In this document: piece after piece, positions 43,898-54,634 of the stretch
How positions within the stretch are numbered: position 1 is the first letter of the stretch
Layout: every line of letters begins with the position of its first letter
NCBI GenBank assembly: GCA_963735815.1
Contig: CAVTMJ010000011.1
Coordinates: 89,406-153,405 of the forward strand
Direction: 5' to 3'
DNA: 64,000 nt
Source of the DNA: an uncultured Acidobacteriota bacterium
Lineage (GTDB): Bacteria > Acidobacteriota > Terriglobia > Terriglobales > Acidobacteriaceae
Program-made: the position numbers and the translations under genes
Notes under the pieces: model-generated
Told to the model about the DNA's origin: nothing
Databases searched by the model: none
What the model saw: only the letters and a program-made list of their open reading frames with translations

Positions 43898-45646
43898 CTA
43901 GATCAGCTCGCGCACCTGATCAGATATAGTGGTGAGCGCAATTTTCTTGCGGTTTGGCTCGCCCCGGGCCAGTGACTCCGCAAAGTGTAAAGCTTGTTCC
44001 GCCTTCACCTTGGCCGGCATCGGCGGCTCGAAGGGATCCACAACTGCTTGTAACACTGCGGGACCAGGAGCATTCAGGAATTCATCCACCGCGCGTCCGC
44101 ACTGTGCCGGATCCTCCAGCGTGAAACCAACGCCACCGCAAGCGTGCGCGAACGCGGCAAAGTCGATGGGATGCAAATCGACACCGTATTCGGGATTGCC
44201 GAGAAACACCATCTGTTCCCACTTGATCTGTCCGAGCGTGTTGTTCTTGATGATCACGACTTTAATGGGAAGCTTGTATTTCACTGCCGTCACAAAGTCC
44301 GCCATGAGCATCGAAAATCCGCCATCCCCGACAAAGGCGACGCACTGGCGATTCGGAAAGGCAATCTGGGCGGCAATGGTATAGGGCAACCCGGGAGCCA
44401 TGGTGGCGAGATTGCCGGACAGAGTGTGCATCTGGCCACGACGAGCCAGAATGTGTCGCGCCCACCACGTCGCTATGGTCCCGCTATCACAGCTGACGAT
44501 CGCATCATCGCGCAGTCGCTTGCCGAGTTCCCATGCCACCGCTTGCGGCTTCATGGGCTTGTCAGAACGCGTGGCGCGTTTCTCCATCACCTCCCACCAG
44601 TCTTTCATCCCTGCCTGGGCTGCCTGAAGAAAACTTCGGTCCTCTTTTTGTTTCAGCAGAGGAATCAGTTCCCGTAGAGTATTGCGACTGTCGCCGACCA
44701 AGCCTACTTCGACCGGATATCGCAGGCCAATGCGTTTGGGATCGAGTTCAATTTGGACTCCCCGGGCCTGCCCCGGTTTCGGCATGAACTCGATGTACGG
44801 AAAAGAGGTGCCCACCATGAACAACGTGTCGCAGTCCTCCAGCGCTTCCTGAGAAGGCTTCGTGCCGAGCAGCCCGATGCAGCCAGTGGTGTAGGGACTG
44901 TCGTCCGGAACCGCTGCTTTGCCAAGCAACGCTTTCACGATGGGCGCTCCCAGCAACTCCGCGGTTCTTTCCAATTCAGCGCTTGCATCCAAAGCGCCTC
45001 GACCAGCCAGAATGGCGACTTTCTTTCCCAGGTTCAGAATTTCCGCCGCTCTCTCCAGCTCCACCCGGTCGGGCAGCCTGGCACTGCGCGCGTACACATC
45101 CGATGTGTGATGAGCGATGTTGCGCTTCGAACGCTGGCTCTGCTTCAGCTCCTTTTCCTGCAGATCCACAGGAAAGGTAATGTGCGACACTCCGCGATAA
45201 GCAATAGCGGTTCGACACGCTAAGTCAGTGATGTTCTCTACATGGGTCGGCCCCATGATGCGTTCATTGAAAACGGCGACGTCCATGAACAGCTTGTCGA
45301 GAGCAACATCTTGCTGGGTGTAAGTTCCAATGAGATCGTGAAACTGAAGGCCAGTAATCGCAAGCACCGGCTGGCCGTCAAGCTTGGCGTCGTAAAGCCC
45401 GTTTAAGAGATGAATACCACCGGGACCTGAGGTAGCCAGGCACACACCCAGCCTGCCGGTGAATTTCGCATATCCGCAGGCCATGAAAGCTGCCGCTTCC
45501 TCATGGCGCACCTGCACAAATCGGATCTTGTCCTCGTGGGTGCGGAGCGACTCCATCACGCCATTGATGCCGTCACCCGGCAGGCCAAAGATAACCTCAA
45601 CTCCCCATTCGATCAGCGTTTCGATGAGCACATCCGCCGCAGTCAT
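43898..45646 (-). CDS. thiamine-pyrophosphate enzyme, pyruvate oxidase / pyruvate dehydrogenase (quinone) PoxB-like
   Basis: MTAADVLIETLIEWGVEVIFGLPGDGINGV...VRHEEAAAFMACGYAKFTGRLGVCLATSGPGGIHLLNGLYDA and the TPP motif GDGGFSMLMADF...NN. A GAAGGAG RBS precedes ATG 45646. Confidence 0.85.
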   Translation of the reverse strand: MTAADVLIETLIEWGVEVIFGLPGDGINGVMESLRTHEDKIRFVQVRHEEAAAFMACGYAKFTGRLGVCLATSGPGGIHLLNGLYDAKLDGQPVLAITGLQFHDLIGTYTQQDVALDKLFMDVAVFNERIMGPTHVENITDLACRTAIAYRGVSHITFPVDLQEKELKQSQRSKRNIAHHTSDVYARSARLPDRVELERAAEILNLGKKVAILAGRGALDASAELERTAELLGAPIVKALLGKAAVPDDSPYTTGCIGLLGTKPSQEALEDCDTLFMVGTSFPYIEFMPKPGQARGVQIELDPKRIGLRYPVEVGLVGDSRNTLRELIPLLKQKEDRSFLQAAQAGMKDWWEVMEKRATRSDKPMKPQAVAWELGKRLRDDAIVSCDSGTIATWWARHILARRGQMHTLSGNLATMAPGLPYTIAAQIAFPNRQCVAFVGDGGFSMLMADFVTAVKYKLPIKVVIIKNNTLGQIKWEQMVFLGNPEYGVDLHPIDFAAFAHACGGVGFTLEDPAQCGRAVDEFLNAPGPAVLQAVVDPFEPPMPAKVKAEQALHFAESLARGEPNRKKIALTTISDQVRELI

Positions 45647-46094
45647 ATGGACTCCTTCTCGGGCAATGTTTGCTGTACTAGAGATGCGATTCCCAAGCCC
45701 CCCGTTCAAGGGAACGGGAAAGATATTTTGGACAAACGCAGAGACACCCTTCTGAGCGCTGCTGGGTGCAATACCATCGAGGAGACATTCGCACGTTGAC
45801 GACTAGGAAGCGGCCCTTCTCAGCACCAAACTCATCTCTACATTCTCAGCTTCGGACACGCGATGTCGTGAAATCAATACCGTATTCACCGCATCGCTCC
45901 TGTTGGGAATGGAATACGGATAGCAGCCAGCGGCACTACAGGCTTTCTTCGAGCGTTGGGTCGGCTCTTAAGAAGGATTATGAAATGCTCGGTGTCGGAT
46001 AGGTTCGATACTGGATGCAACCAGCCCGGTTCATCGCCTTGCCGTGGTAAAGGCGTTGTGGGCCTACGGGATCGCGGCCGTGGATCCTCGCACT

Positions 46095-47798
46095 CTAGTC
46101 GTCCAGGCCCTTTCCTTCGGTCAGGCGGATGTAGCGGTTGATCGGCAAGGTGGAGATCTTGTCTATATGCTTGCTGGGGGCTGGCCAGTGAATCTCAAGC
46201 GCATCGATGTTTCGCGCACTCCCGATGCCCAGGACTTCGCGTGGATCGTGGGAAGACAGGTAGCTGCCGCCGTTGTTCTTGAGCCTGAAGCGCCTTTTTC
46301 CGCCCGCTGTCCAGTGAATTTTCGCGCCGATGCCGTCGCGGTTGCAGTGCACACCTTCCAGTTTGATCCCGAGCCAGTTGTTTCCCTTGGCTGCGCGATT
46401 GTTGAGCAGCAGAGGAGCCCCGCCGTTGTTTCCAATGATGACGTCCAGAGCACCGTCGTTGTCGTAGTCGCCCACCGCCAGGCCGCGCGCCGGGAAGAAC
46501 TTCTTGAAGGCGGGACCAGCCCGCTCGCTAACATTGTGCAGGCGGCGATCGTCGCCCTGATGAAACAGAAGCAGCGGTTCTTTGTATTTCACCTGCATCG
46601 AATAGCCGTCGATCATGTCATCGGGATGACCGTTGGCCAGGATCAGATCGATAGCGCCGTCGTTGTCGTAATCGAAGTATTTCAGGCCCCAGCCGCTCAG
46701 CAGGCGCGTCGCCTGAGCAACATCGTTCGCCTGAGCCACATCGCGGAATGTTTCATCCTTATTGTTCTGGTAGACGGAAAACATTTCGTGATCGACGTTG
46801 GCGACGAACAGATCCTGCCATCCGTCGGCATCGAAGTCGGCGGCATCCACCCCCATGCCGGAGCGCGCCTGCCCGCTCTCGCTGAAGCCGACCCCCGCCT
46901 GCAGGCCAACCTCCTCCCATTTCCAGCGGCCGTTTGCGCCCGGGCCACGATTCAGGAACAGAAAGTTCTGAACCGTGTCGTTCGCGACAAACAGGTCCAT
47001 CCGGCCGTCGCCATTGACATCCGTCGCTACCACACCAAGGCCTTTGCCGAGCGCCTTCGCGATGTCAGTATCCTTGCTCACCTCCGTAAACGTGCCATCG
47101 CCGTTGTTGTGATAAAGGAAGCTGGCGGTGGGGCGGAAGACGCGCGGAATACAGTAGTACTTCTTGCCGATCTTATTGTCCCCACATTCGAGTTTGTGCT
47201 CACCGGAATAATCGACAAAGCTGCAGACGAACAGGTCGAGCCGGCCGTCATTGTCGTAGTCAAACCAGACAGCGCTTGTAGTCCAGCCGGGAGTGGCAAC
47301 GCCGGCTTTCTCGGTCACGTCGGCGAAAGTTCCGTCGTGATTGTTCTTGTATAAGGTACACTTGCCATAGGCGGTCACGAAGATGTCGGGCCAGCCATCG
47401 TTGTCGTAATCGCCGACCGCGACTCCCATGCCGAACGACGTTCCGCTGAGTCCAGCCTTTTCGGTCACGTCCGTGAAAGTGCCGTTCCGGTTGTTTTTGT
47501 AGAGGGCATTGCGCACCGGTTTGGTCGGCTTCCAGAAATCGCTGGGACCACTGTTCACCAGAAAAATGTCCATCCACCCATCGTTGTCGAAATCAAGGAA
47601 GGCACAACCGGGACCCATGGTCTCGGGAAGATAGTGGCTCGCCGACATGGCATTTTCGTGCACCCAGTCGATGCCGCTCGCCGCTGCAGGGACCTCCGCG
47701 AACAGCGGTCCGGATGCTGGGACCCCTCGCTGTCCGTATAGACGAGTCGCGCTGAACGCGCTGGCCAGCCACAGCCATTCTCTTCTCGAAATCTTCAT
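46095..47798 (-). CDS. CRTAC1 family protein (FG-GAP/VCBS repeats + ASPIC/UnbV C-terminal domain), exported
   Basis: A signal peptide ([23 protein letters not shown]), repeated DxDNDGxxD(I/L)F(V)xN units, and a C-terminal [19 protein letters not shown]...LEIHWP (UnbV_ASPIC). Confidence 0.85.
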   Translation of the reverse strand: MKISRREWLWLASAFSATRLYGQRGVPASGPLFAEVPAAASGIDWVHENAMSASHYLPETMGPGCAFLDFDNDGWMDIFLVNSGPSDFWKPTKPVRNALYKNNRNGTFTDVTEKAGLSGTSFGMGVAVGDYDNDGWPDIFVTAYGKCTLYKNNHDGTFADVTEKAGVATPGWTTSAVWFDYDNDGRLDLFVCSFVDYSGEHKLECGDNKIGKKYYCIPRVFRPTASFLYHNNGDGTFTEVSKDTDIAKALGKGLGVVATDVNGDGRMDLFVANDTVQNFLFLNRGPGANGRWKWEEVGLQAGVGFSESGQARSGMGVDAADFDADGWQDLFVANVDHEMFSVYQNNKDETFRDVAQANDVAQATRLLSGWGLKYFDYDNDGAIDLILANGHPDDMIDGYSMQVKYKEPLLLFHQGDDRRLHNVSERAGPAFKKFFPARGLAVGDYDNDGALDVIIGNNGGAPLLLNNRAAKGNNWLGIKLEGVHCNRDGIGAKIHWTAGGKRRFRLKNNGGSYLSSHDPREVLGIGSARNIDALEIHWPAPSKHIDKISTLPINRYIRLTEGKGLDD

Positions 47799-47829
47799 AA
47801 GGGAAACCTTTGGGCGGACACACCTGCGA

Positions 47830-48951
47830 TCACTGCGCCTTCACCCCGGGTTGCTTCGCTTGCGCTTCAGCCGTTAGCTTCTCCACGATACCTTTCTCGC
47901 GGTTGCCTTCTGCGGGCCGCTTCAGGCGGAAATAGGCGATCGACAACGACACATGAGCCTCCGTGAAACCTGGGGATTCTTTGACGATCGATTCCAGTTC
48001 GCGCCGCGCCTGCTCGGCTTTTCCTTCCGACAGGTCGATGGCCGCCAGTTGATAGCGCACGGCTAAATCGCCCGGGCGTGTCTCCAGCGCGCGCCTAAGG
48101 TATGGTCGTGCCTCGTCGAATTTCTGTTCCTGGCGGAGCATTGCGCCCAACTGAAGGTTGGAAACGTAATCGTACGGATCAATTGCCAACTCCGCCTGGA
48201 ATTCCTTGCGTGCTTCGTCCGGCCCAGCAGTGACCTGCAAGGCTTGTCCGTAGAGAACGTGCACCCCGGGAAGCTTCGCGTCCAGCGCCACTGCTTTGGC
48301 CAGCTCGTCGCGGGCGCCTGAGAAATCCAAGGCTTCTATTTTCGCCGCGCCGAGCATCAGATGCGCTTCTGCAGACTCGCCATTCCGCAAGATGCGATCG
48401 ACCAGGACCTGTCCTTGTTCAACTTGATGGTCGCGAATCAGGGCCGTTCCCAGCAGATACACGATTCCCATCTCATCGGGATGTTTCTTGTAGGCAGGTT
48501 CCAGAAGGCCAATCACATCCTTGTTCTGCCCCATGCGCAGGTAGCAGTCGCCGAGCAGCAGGATCGCCTGGACATTGCCAGGCTCCTCCTCGTGGACTCG
48601 GACCAATTGATCGACGGCATCTGCGATTCTCCCGGTTTTGTAATAGGCGAGCGCAAGGTTCAGGCGAAGGCCCGGAGCGGAGGGAGCGTGCTTCAGTGCA
48701 ATTTTGTACTCGGTGATCGCTTCGGCAAATCGTCCCAGCCCGGCGAGAGCCGCGCCCAAATTTGATCGAATCGCCGCCGCGTCAGGCTGGACCTTCAAAA
48801 GCTGCCGGTAGTCCTGGACGGCTCCCTCGAGATCCCCGGCCTTCTGCTTAGCCACGGCGTCGTTGAACAGTTCCTGAGGAGTCTGTGCAATTGCGGCGGG
48901 AACTGAGCCTGCGAGGAGGATAAAGATTAGAGGAAGAATGACTCTACGCAT
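47830..48951 (-). CDS. exported tetratricopeptide-repeat protein
   Basis: A signal peptide ([23 protein letters not shown]) followed by about 8 TPR units (AxxxYxxALxxxP pattern). Confidence 0.8.
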   Translation of the reverse strand: MRRVILPLIFILLAGSVPAAIAQTPQELFNDAVAKQKAGDLEGAVQDYRQLLKVQPDAAAIRSNLGAALAGLGRFAEAITEYKIALKHAPSAPGLRLNLALAYYKTGRIADAVDQLVRVHEEEPGNVQAILLLGDCYLRMGQNKDVIGLLEPAYKKHPDEMGIVYLLGTALIRDHQVEQGQVLVDRILRNGESAEAHLMLGAAKIEALDFSGARDELAKAVALDAKLPGVHVLYGQALQVTAGPDEARKEFQAELAIDPYDYVSNLQLGAMLRQEQKFDEARPYLRRALETRPGDLAVRYQLAAIDLSEGKAEQARRELESIVKESPGFTEAHVSLSIAYFRLKRPAEGNREKGIVEKLTAEAQAKQPGVKAQ

Positions 48952-48956
48952 ACTGA

Positions 48957-50633
48957 CTATTGATCCCCGCGCGCCAGGCCCGATTGCTTCACCGGAGTCG
49001 CCGCCTTGCGCAGCGCGGCTTCGACGTCGTCAGGATGGAAGTCCTGCTCGCTGAGTCCGGTACTGAACAGGATCTTGCCATGCCTGTCGACTACGTATGC
49101 CTTGCTGGGCCACGCGGCGTATGCCTTCTCCGCCGACCCCTCCATGCTATCAATAAGGGCCGGAAACTCGATGTGCAATTTGCGGACGCACATGGTTGCG
49201 TGGTCATGGCGTTCACCCATGTTCGCCGCGGGTTCCAGCACGATCCCTTCGCGCTGATTGCGGGTGCTGGCCCAATCGTTGGTAGAGTGCGCCTCGCGAA
49301 TGTAGATCAGATAAAACGGGATTCGGTTCTTGTACTCGGGATAAAGCTTGTTCAGCGTGCCGGCCGCGCTCCGGAAATTCGGACACGTGTAACTGCCAAA
49401 CACCAGCAGAACCGGACCGTCATTTCGAAGTTCTGCCAGGCTGACGCGGACCTCAGTTCCCATCCTGGTGGCGTTAAAGTTCGGCGCAGCTTGGCCTGCA
49501 CGAGGTCCGCTTGCCGCCAATGCTGAACTCGGACTCAGATCTGCGGCCAGCTTCTTTTCGCGGGCCGCTTCCGCGGTCAGGTGAAGCTTCTGGTCAACTT
49601 CTGACAATCGCTGGTGCACGGCGGCGGACTTGGGCCACTTCCGCTCCAACCTTTCCAGCTGGCGACGAGCTTCTCCCAGTATGCCCTCGCCTTCGCAGAC
49701 CGTGGCCAGTTCCAATGCCGCGGCTAGCGAATCGGGACGGACGCGCAGAGCTTGCCGAACCAGGGGCTCCGCATCCTTCCATTGCGAGCGCGCCGTGAGA
49801 ATCTGCGCGAGATAGAGGTTGGCCTCGAATTGGTTTGGATCGGAGGCGAGTTCCTTCTGAAAAGCCTCGGCAGCCGCATCAGGGTCGCCCGTATTGAGCA
49901 GCGCCTGTCCGTAAAGAGACTGCAAGCCGGGAAGGCCTGGATTCAGTTCGATCGCGCTAGCCAGTTGCTTGACCGCAGCGGGAAAGTCTTTGGCGGCGAA
50001 CATCTGGTTGCCAAGCAGAAACCGGGCTTCGGCGGAGTCTCCTTTGCTCAGTATGCGGTCAACGCGTTTCTGCCCTTCTGCGATTTGCCCTTCGTTGAGA
50101 AGTGCAGTCCCCAGCAGATAGGCGATCGCGAGCTCGTCACCGTGCTCCGCCTCGACCGGAGTCAGCAGTTTGATCACATCCTGGTTTTCACCCATCCGCA
50201 GTTGGCAATCGGCCAGCAGCAGAATTGTCTGCAGGTTATCGGGCGACATGTCATGGCTTTTTGCGAATTCGCCCGTGGCCTCGGCGATGCGTCCCGACTT
50301 GTAGTAAGCCAGCCCCAGGTTGCGGACGATATCCCCGTTTTGCGGGTCGAGGGCCGTAGCCTTCCTGTATTCCGTGATCGCCTCGTCGAAGCGATTCAGA
50401 TGCGCCAGCAGCACGCCTAGATTCGCTTGTACGGCGGCTTCCTTGGGCCGGGCGGCCAGAAACTGTCGATAACCCCGTACAGCTCCCTCGAGGTCTCCAG
50501 CTTGCTGCAGTTCCACGGCGTGGCGCAGCGTGTCCTCGGGCGAGGTGTTCTGCGAAAAGCTGGGACTGTCGGAAAGCACTCCGATCCAGAGTCCCACGGC
50601 GAGGGCTGCGGCAATATGGAGCGCTCGAGACAT
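48957..50633 (-). CDS. exported TPR-repeat protein fused to a C-terminal iodothyronine-deiodinase-like thioredoxin-fold domain
   Basis: TPR repeats over about 330 aa, then VLLVFGSYTCPNFRS...FYLIYIREAHSTNDWAS. This matches the deiodinase motifs FGS-x-T-(U/C)-P-x-F and YI-x-EAH-x-x-D-W. The start is uncertain (50633 or 50687). Confidence 0.75.
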   Translation of the reverse strand: MSRALHIAAALAVGLWIGVLSDSPSFSQNTSPEDTLRHAVELQQAGDLEGAVRGYRQFLAARPKEAAVQANLGVLLAHLNRFDEAITEYRKATALDPQNGDIVRNLGLAYYKSGRIAEATGEFAKSHDMSPDNLQTILLLADCQLRMGENQDVIKLLTPVEAEHGDELAIAYLLGTALLNEGQIAEGQKRVDRILSKGDSAEARFLLGNQMFAAKDFPAAVKQLASAIELNPGLPGLQSLYGQALLNTGDPDAAAEAFQKELASDPNQFEANLYLAQILTARSQWKDAEPLVRQALRVRPDSLAAALELATVCEGEGILGEARRQLERLERKWPKSAAVHQRLSEVDQKLHLTAEAAREKKLAADLSPSSALAASGPRAGQAAPNFNATRMGTEVRVSLAELRNDGPVLLVFGSYTCPNFRSAAGTLNKLYPEYKNRIPFYLIYIREAHSTNDWASTRNQREGIVLEPAANMGERHDHATMCVRKLHIEFPALIDSMEGSAEKAYAAWPSKAYVVDRHGKILFSTGLSEQDFHPDDVEAALRKAATPVKQSGLARGDQ

Positions 50634-50713
50634 GGCCTCAGACTTGGATTCCGGACGCAGAAAATGGGATGACCGGAGCCATCCCATTTTAGCTTTGAAA
50701 CGTTCTTCTTGGG

Positions 50714-53700
50714 TTAGAAGAAGAACTTGACGGCGAATTCAAAGATGCGATTGCCTTCCTTGGTCGTTGTTTTTCCGAAGTCCTTGTTGTTGAGTGTGAC
50801 TGCCTGCGTGTTCGGGTCCTGGGTGAAGTTCAGGGACAAGTTGTTGGTGCCGTTAAACGACCACAAGGGGTGATTCAGGAAGTTGTACGCCTGAACCCGG
50901 AATTGCAGCTTCTTCGACTCTGTTATGGAGAAGTTCTTGAACACTCCAAGATCGGAGTTGAAGTAGCCCGGGCCGTACACGACTGGTAGTAACACCGGCC
51001 CGTTTTGTCCGGGCGTCGTTGGTGCAGCGAAGCAAGCCCCACTCACGTACTGATGTGAACTGAGTCCGGACTTCGGATTGCACGTCACCAACGGCTGCAG
51101 CTGCATTGCGTTCGTACCGAGGATGGATTGGTTTGTGATTGTGATTCCCTTGCTGCCGTCGGGGTTAATGATTGTTTGTGAGCCGGGAATGATCGCGTTG
51201 TTCAGCGACATGTTGAAGTTGGTGTTGTTGCTGAGACCGGTGAGGTTGGCTCCGCTCTGTAGCTGCGTGATGCCAGAAAGCTGCCAGCCGGCAGTTGCAC
51301 CCCCCAGGAAGCCGTGAGCGTGCAGCGGATTCCCAAAGTCGATCGAATACGCGATGTTGAAGAGTTGCCGCCGATCTCCCGGTTGCACGCCGTAGTTTGC
51401 GCGAAGATTGAACGGGTTCAGGGTTACCGAGGGGTTGTTGGCCGGATTGCCGGGCTGCACAATTCCCAAGGACTTCTGGTATGTGTAGTTTGCTTGGATC
51501 ACGTAGCGGCCTACGTGACGTCCCCAGGTCATTTGCAGGCCGTTATAGTTCGTGTAGATATTGCTAACGGCGGTGTTCACATCGCCATAACCCTGGGGAT
51601 TGCCATTGGCATCGCAACAAGTGTTCAGCGGACGATATTTGTCAGGGTTGGCCAATGACGGATTGATGACGGTGGGGTCATTGAAAATCGCGCCCACCGG
51701 GGCCAAGTTCAGGTTGCTCCCCGCGCCTCCGATATTCAGTTGATCCCGGCTTCGATTGCCGACGTACGCAACTTCCAGCAAGCCTTGCCACGGCGTCTGT
51801 TGTGCAACCGTGAAGCTCCAGCTGTCCGTAAACGGTTGTTTGTCGTCCTTCCGGTCAACCGCAAAAGGCGAGGCCGGATTTGCAGCCGCGTTGATACAGG
51901 AGAGGTTGCGGGCAAACAGGGGCGCGGTGGACGGGTCGGTACAGGTCGAACCCGTCGTATCCCAGTTCGTCGGACTCAGGTTTGCAGCGGCAGATCCCGC
52001 AGCCAGATCCAACCCGTTGGTGAACTGACCGGAGTGATAGTAGAACCGGCCCCAACCGCCACGGAGGATCGTCTTGCCTGTGCCGAACAGATCGTAGGCA
52101 GCTCCGAACCTGGGCTGGTAGTACAGCGCCCTGGTTGGGAAGCCCGTGAGCGGCACCGATTTGGTCTGGGCGTGCCATTGGAAACCGCAGAACGTCGGTG
52201 ATGCGGCGCAGGTAGGATCGTACGCCGAAGGATTGAAGATCGAATATCCAAACCCTTCTCTGTCAGTCCACGGCGTGAAGTGTGTTAAGCGCAATCCGAA
52301 TTCAACCGTCAGTTTCTTGGTGGCTTTCCACGAATCTTGCCCAAAGAATTCCACCGTATTGTAAGAGATGTTGTTGATCCGGTTGAAATTCGCCTGGTTA
52401 TAGCTGGACATGTTTCCAGTAATCATGTCGGCGTACACGTTGCCAAACGTCTTGGGGTTACTGGAAAGGAATTGCATGTAACCGTTGCTATTGTTGTTGG
52501 CGGGCTGAGCGTTGCGAATCCACTCGTAGAAGAAGCCCGCTTTCAGCGTGTGCGTCTTCACAACCTTGGTTAGGGTGTCGCTGACGCTGGGCATCCACTT
52601 GTCGGCGTAAAGACCCGCGCCCTTGCCGCCCGCCTCGAAACCACCGGGATTGAAAACGAGCGCTGCCTCACCGCTGCCTCCGCTTCCGCCAAACGACGGA
52701 ATCTGAGAGATACCCTTCGCATTGGCGAATGTGAGGCCTGGGTACGTGAAGCCCACAGTGTTGCGGTCTACCTTCCCCGAGTCGGCGAAGACATTGGGGA
52801 AGCCAATGTACGTATAAGCCACCACCGTTTCGTTGGTCATGGTTGGGCTGAAGACGTGAGTGATCGTTCCGGTGATCGAGTCAGACTTATTGCGACCCTG
52901 GATACTGCTGGGATACGGAACCTGGTCCGTCTGTCGCCACCAGAGCCCTACCGGGAATAACTGCACTTCGCGCTGATAGTTGTAGCGAACGAACACCTTC
53001 GTGTTGTCACTGATATTCCAGTCCACCCGGGTCGTAAATTGCCGGTTGTTCTGGTTGAAGACTTCCGCCTGCACATAGTTAAACCCGCCAGTCAGGTCGG
53101 GATTAGCATTCGCATGAGGATAGAGGTTCATCAACGCCTGCATGTTAGGGTCGATCAGGTTAGGCAGGATGTTCCCGTTAGCGTCAAGAATACTCGGATT
53201 CGGCACCCCCGGCGGGTTCCCAGATGCGGTCTTATTGTTTGTACCGCCCTCTTTTGCAAGCTCCGCGGCGGAGAAGTTCCCGGCCCTCATGCCGTCCGTG
53301 GGCACGGTCGCTTGTAGCAACCCGGTGTCCAGCACTTGGTAGAAGTATTCGTACCCAGCAAAGAAGAAGAGCTTGTTGCGGCTCTTGTTGAAGCCGGTTC
53401 CCGGAATAATCACCGGGCCACCGATGCTGCCGCCAGGGAAGTAATACTTGTTTTGTGGTTTCGGCACTCCCTGGTGTCCGTTGAGCCAATCATTTGCGTT
53501 CAAGGAAGCATTTCGAGCGGAGAAGAAGGCACTGCCATGAAACGAAGAGCCGCCGGACTTGGTGACAGATGTGATAACCGCCGGGCCTTTCTGGTTCTCG
53601 GCGCTGAAATTCGAAGTGAGAACCCGGAACTCCTGCAGGAAATCGGAGTTGGGGTTGACTGGCGTGTCGCAGTTGCATCCCGGATCAGAGACGTGGGCGC

Positions 53701-54352
53701 CGTCGGCGACGATATCCAGAGAATTGTTCTTGAGTCCGTTATAGGAGAAGTTGTTGTTCAGCGGACTCTGGCTACCCGAGTCGCCGTTAGCGTTGATGCC
53801 AATCGTCTGCCCAGTATAGCTGGCCTTATTTCCCGTTCCGCCGCTCGTGGCATTGATGCTGAAACCGGGAGTGATTTTTACATACTCCGCCGCATTGCTA
53901 CCGACTTGGATAAAATTCTGCAGTTCCTTGCTGGCCAGTGTAAATGACTTTTCACCGGAGTCCTGGGTTGCTACCGAAAACTCCTCGGCATTGACCTCCA
54001 CGGTCTGGCTGGTAGCACCGACGGCAAGAGCTACGTTGACATTGCGCCGCTCGCCGCCGCCCAAGGCGATGCCGTCGGCTTTGTAGGCCTGGAAGCCCCC
54101 GGCCTCGACTCTGAGTCCGTAAGCGCCCACCGGCACAGAAGCGAACGTGAAATATCCTTCGCCGTTTGTCACGGTCTCGCGTGCGGAACCCGATTGTGCA
54201 TCGGTCAGAGTGACTTTCGCATTGGCTATCACTGATCCCGAAGGATCCGAAACCACGCCAGTCAGCGTGGCAAAGATCGCTTGCCCCCAAGCATTCGCGC
54301 CGAGCAGCGCGAGTAGACACACCATCACCGTAACCTTCACTGTGTTTGACAT
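50714..54352 (-). CDS. TonB-dependent receptor with an N-terminal carboxypeptidase-regulatory-like domain
   Basis: A signal peptide, then TLTGVVSDPSGSVIANAKVTLTDAQSGSARETVTNGEGYFTFASVPVGAYGLRV and a long beta-barrel ending FAVKFFF. Confidence 0.88.
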   Translation of the reverse strand: MSNTVKVTVMVCLLALLGANAWGQAIFATLTGVVSDPSGSVIANAKVTLTDAQSGSARETVTNGEGYFTFASVPVGAYGLRVEAGGFQAYKADGIALGGGERRNVNVALAVGATSQTVEVNAEEFSVATQDSGEKSFTLASKELQNFIQVGSNAAEYVKITPGFSINATSGGTGNKASYTGQTIGINANGDSGSQSPLNNNFSYNGLKNNSLDIVADGAHVSDPGCNCDTPVNPNSDFLQEFRVLTSNFSAENQKGPAVITSVTKSGGSSFHGSAFFSARNASLNANDWLNGHQGVPKPQNKYYFPGGSIGGPVIIPGTGFNKSRNKLFFFAGYEYFYQVLDTGLLQATVPTDGMRAGNFSAAELAKEGGTNNKTASGNPPGVPNPSILDANGNILPNLIDPNMQALMNLYPHANANPDLTGGFNYVQAEVFNQNNRQFTTRVDWNISDNTKVFVRYNYQREVQLFPVGLWWRQTDQVPYPSSIQGRNKSDSITGTITHVFSPTMTNETVVAYTYIGFPNVFADSGKVDRNTVGFTYPGLTFANAKGISQIPSFGGSGGSGEAALVFNPGGFEAGGKGAGLYADKWMPSVSDTLTKVVKTHTLKAGFFYEWIRNAQPANNNSNGYMQFLSSNPKTFGNVYADMITGNMSSYNQANFNRINNISYNTVEFFGQDSWKATKKLTVEFGLRLTHFTPWTDREGFGYSIFNPSAYDPTCAASPTFCGFQWHAQTKSVPLTGFPTRALYYQPRFGAAYDLFGTGKTILRGGWGRFYYHSGQFTNGLDLAAGSAAANLSPTNWDTTGSTCTDPSTAPLFARNLSCINAAANPASPFAVDRKDDKQPFTDSWSFTVAQQTPWQGLLEVAYVGNRSRDQLNIGGAGSNLNLAPVGAIFNDPTVINPSLANPDKYRPLNTCCDANGNPQGYGDVNTAVSNIYTNYNGLQMTWGRHVGRYVIQANYTYQKSLGIVQPGNPANNPSVTLNPFNLRANYGVQPGDRRQLFNIAYSIDFGNPLHAHGFLGGATAGWQLSGITQLQSGANLTGLSNNTNFNMSLNNAIIPGSQTIINPDGSKGITITNQSILGTNAMQLQPLVTCNPKSGLSSHQYVSGACFAAPTTPGQNGPVLLPVVYGPGYFNSDLGVFKNFSITESKKLQFRVQAYNFLNHPLWSFNGTNNLSLNFTQDPNTQAVTLNNKDFGKTTTKEGNRIFEFAVKFFF

Positions 54353-54501
54353 GGAAGCGTTACTCCCTTCGAATCGCCATCAATTCTTTCGCTGAATGCC
54401 CCAACGGTAAGAGCCTGCGGTTGCACGCCATCCTGTCTCCCACAAAGACAGACTGTCCAGATCGGGCGGGTAGTACTTTTCTATTAGCGTGAACCGACGC
54501 G

Positions 54502-54531
54502 ATTAAGCCTCAACTGGACACGTCTTGTCAA
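54502..54531 (-). promoter_or_regulatory. candidate sigma70-type promoter for the TBDR-TPR-TPR-CRTAC1 operon
   Basis: On the minus strand: TTGACA, 18-nt spacer, CTTAAT. It lies about 150 nt upstream of ATG 54352. Confidence 0.3.
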
Positions 54532-54634
54532 GCGCAAAATCGTTATTCTGCGGTGGGTTTTACCATTCTGGTCACTACCCGGCCAATCTATGGATATTGG
54601 TAGAATTCCGAAGGTAAATAGAGATCGATGCCGG

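Noticed and set aside
46044-47354. A 436-aa plus-strand ORF, rich in V/A/I.
   Set aside because: It is entirely antisense to the well-supported CRTAC1/FG-GAP gene (46095..47798, minus). Its composition (VVVV, AVA runs) is what the complement of DxDNDG repeats produces. No motifs and no RBS, so it is a shadow ORF.
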